DNA of 64,000 bases from the human T2T-CHM13v2.0 reference genome, Homo sapiens. Made by a program: the position numbers and the translations under genes. Under the pieces are notes generated by a model that had not been told where the DNA came from, did not search any database, and was given only the letters and a program-made list of their open reading frames with translations. The stretch lies in NCBI RefSeq assembly GCF_009914755.1, contig NC_060933.1; one strand, given 5' to 3'. Position 1 is the first letter of the stretch. Each line of letters starts with the position of its first letter. Positions 63,752-64,000 of this stretch are shown here, one piece after another.

Positions 63752-64000
<249 letters not shown>

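Overview
This is primate (probably human) genomic DNA, CpG-depleted and dominated by interspersed repeats. It holds two decayed full-length L1PA7-like LINE-1s in inverted tail-to-tail orientation (~1217-7743 +, ~22774-29087 -), several older or truncated L1s (L1PA8-13, L1MA/MB/MC/ME-like), about 13 Alu/FLAM elements, MaLR/ERVL solo LTRs, hAT and mariner MITEs, MIR and L2. No intact protein-coding gene is recognisable; most long ORFs are broken L1 ORF1/ORF2 or Alu/LTR pseudo-ORFs. I found no novel gene system. The strongest observation is structural. The two L1PA7 copies have cross-matched target-site duplications, and an older L1MA is split so that its 3' tip lies ~21 kb away on the opposite strand. 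This indicates an inversion of at least 15 kb (7.74-22.77 kb) by recombination between the two L1s. A candidate minus-strand 21-nt micro-exon plus a short terminal exon with AATAAA lies at ~61.3-61.5 kb. Subfamily calls are by eye from recalled consensus sequences, and boundaries of old repeats are approximate.
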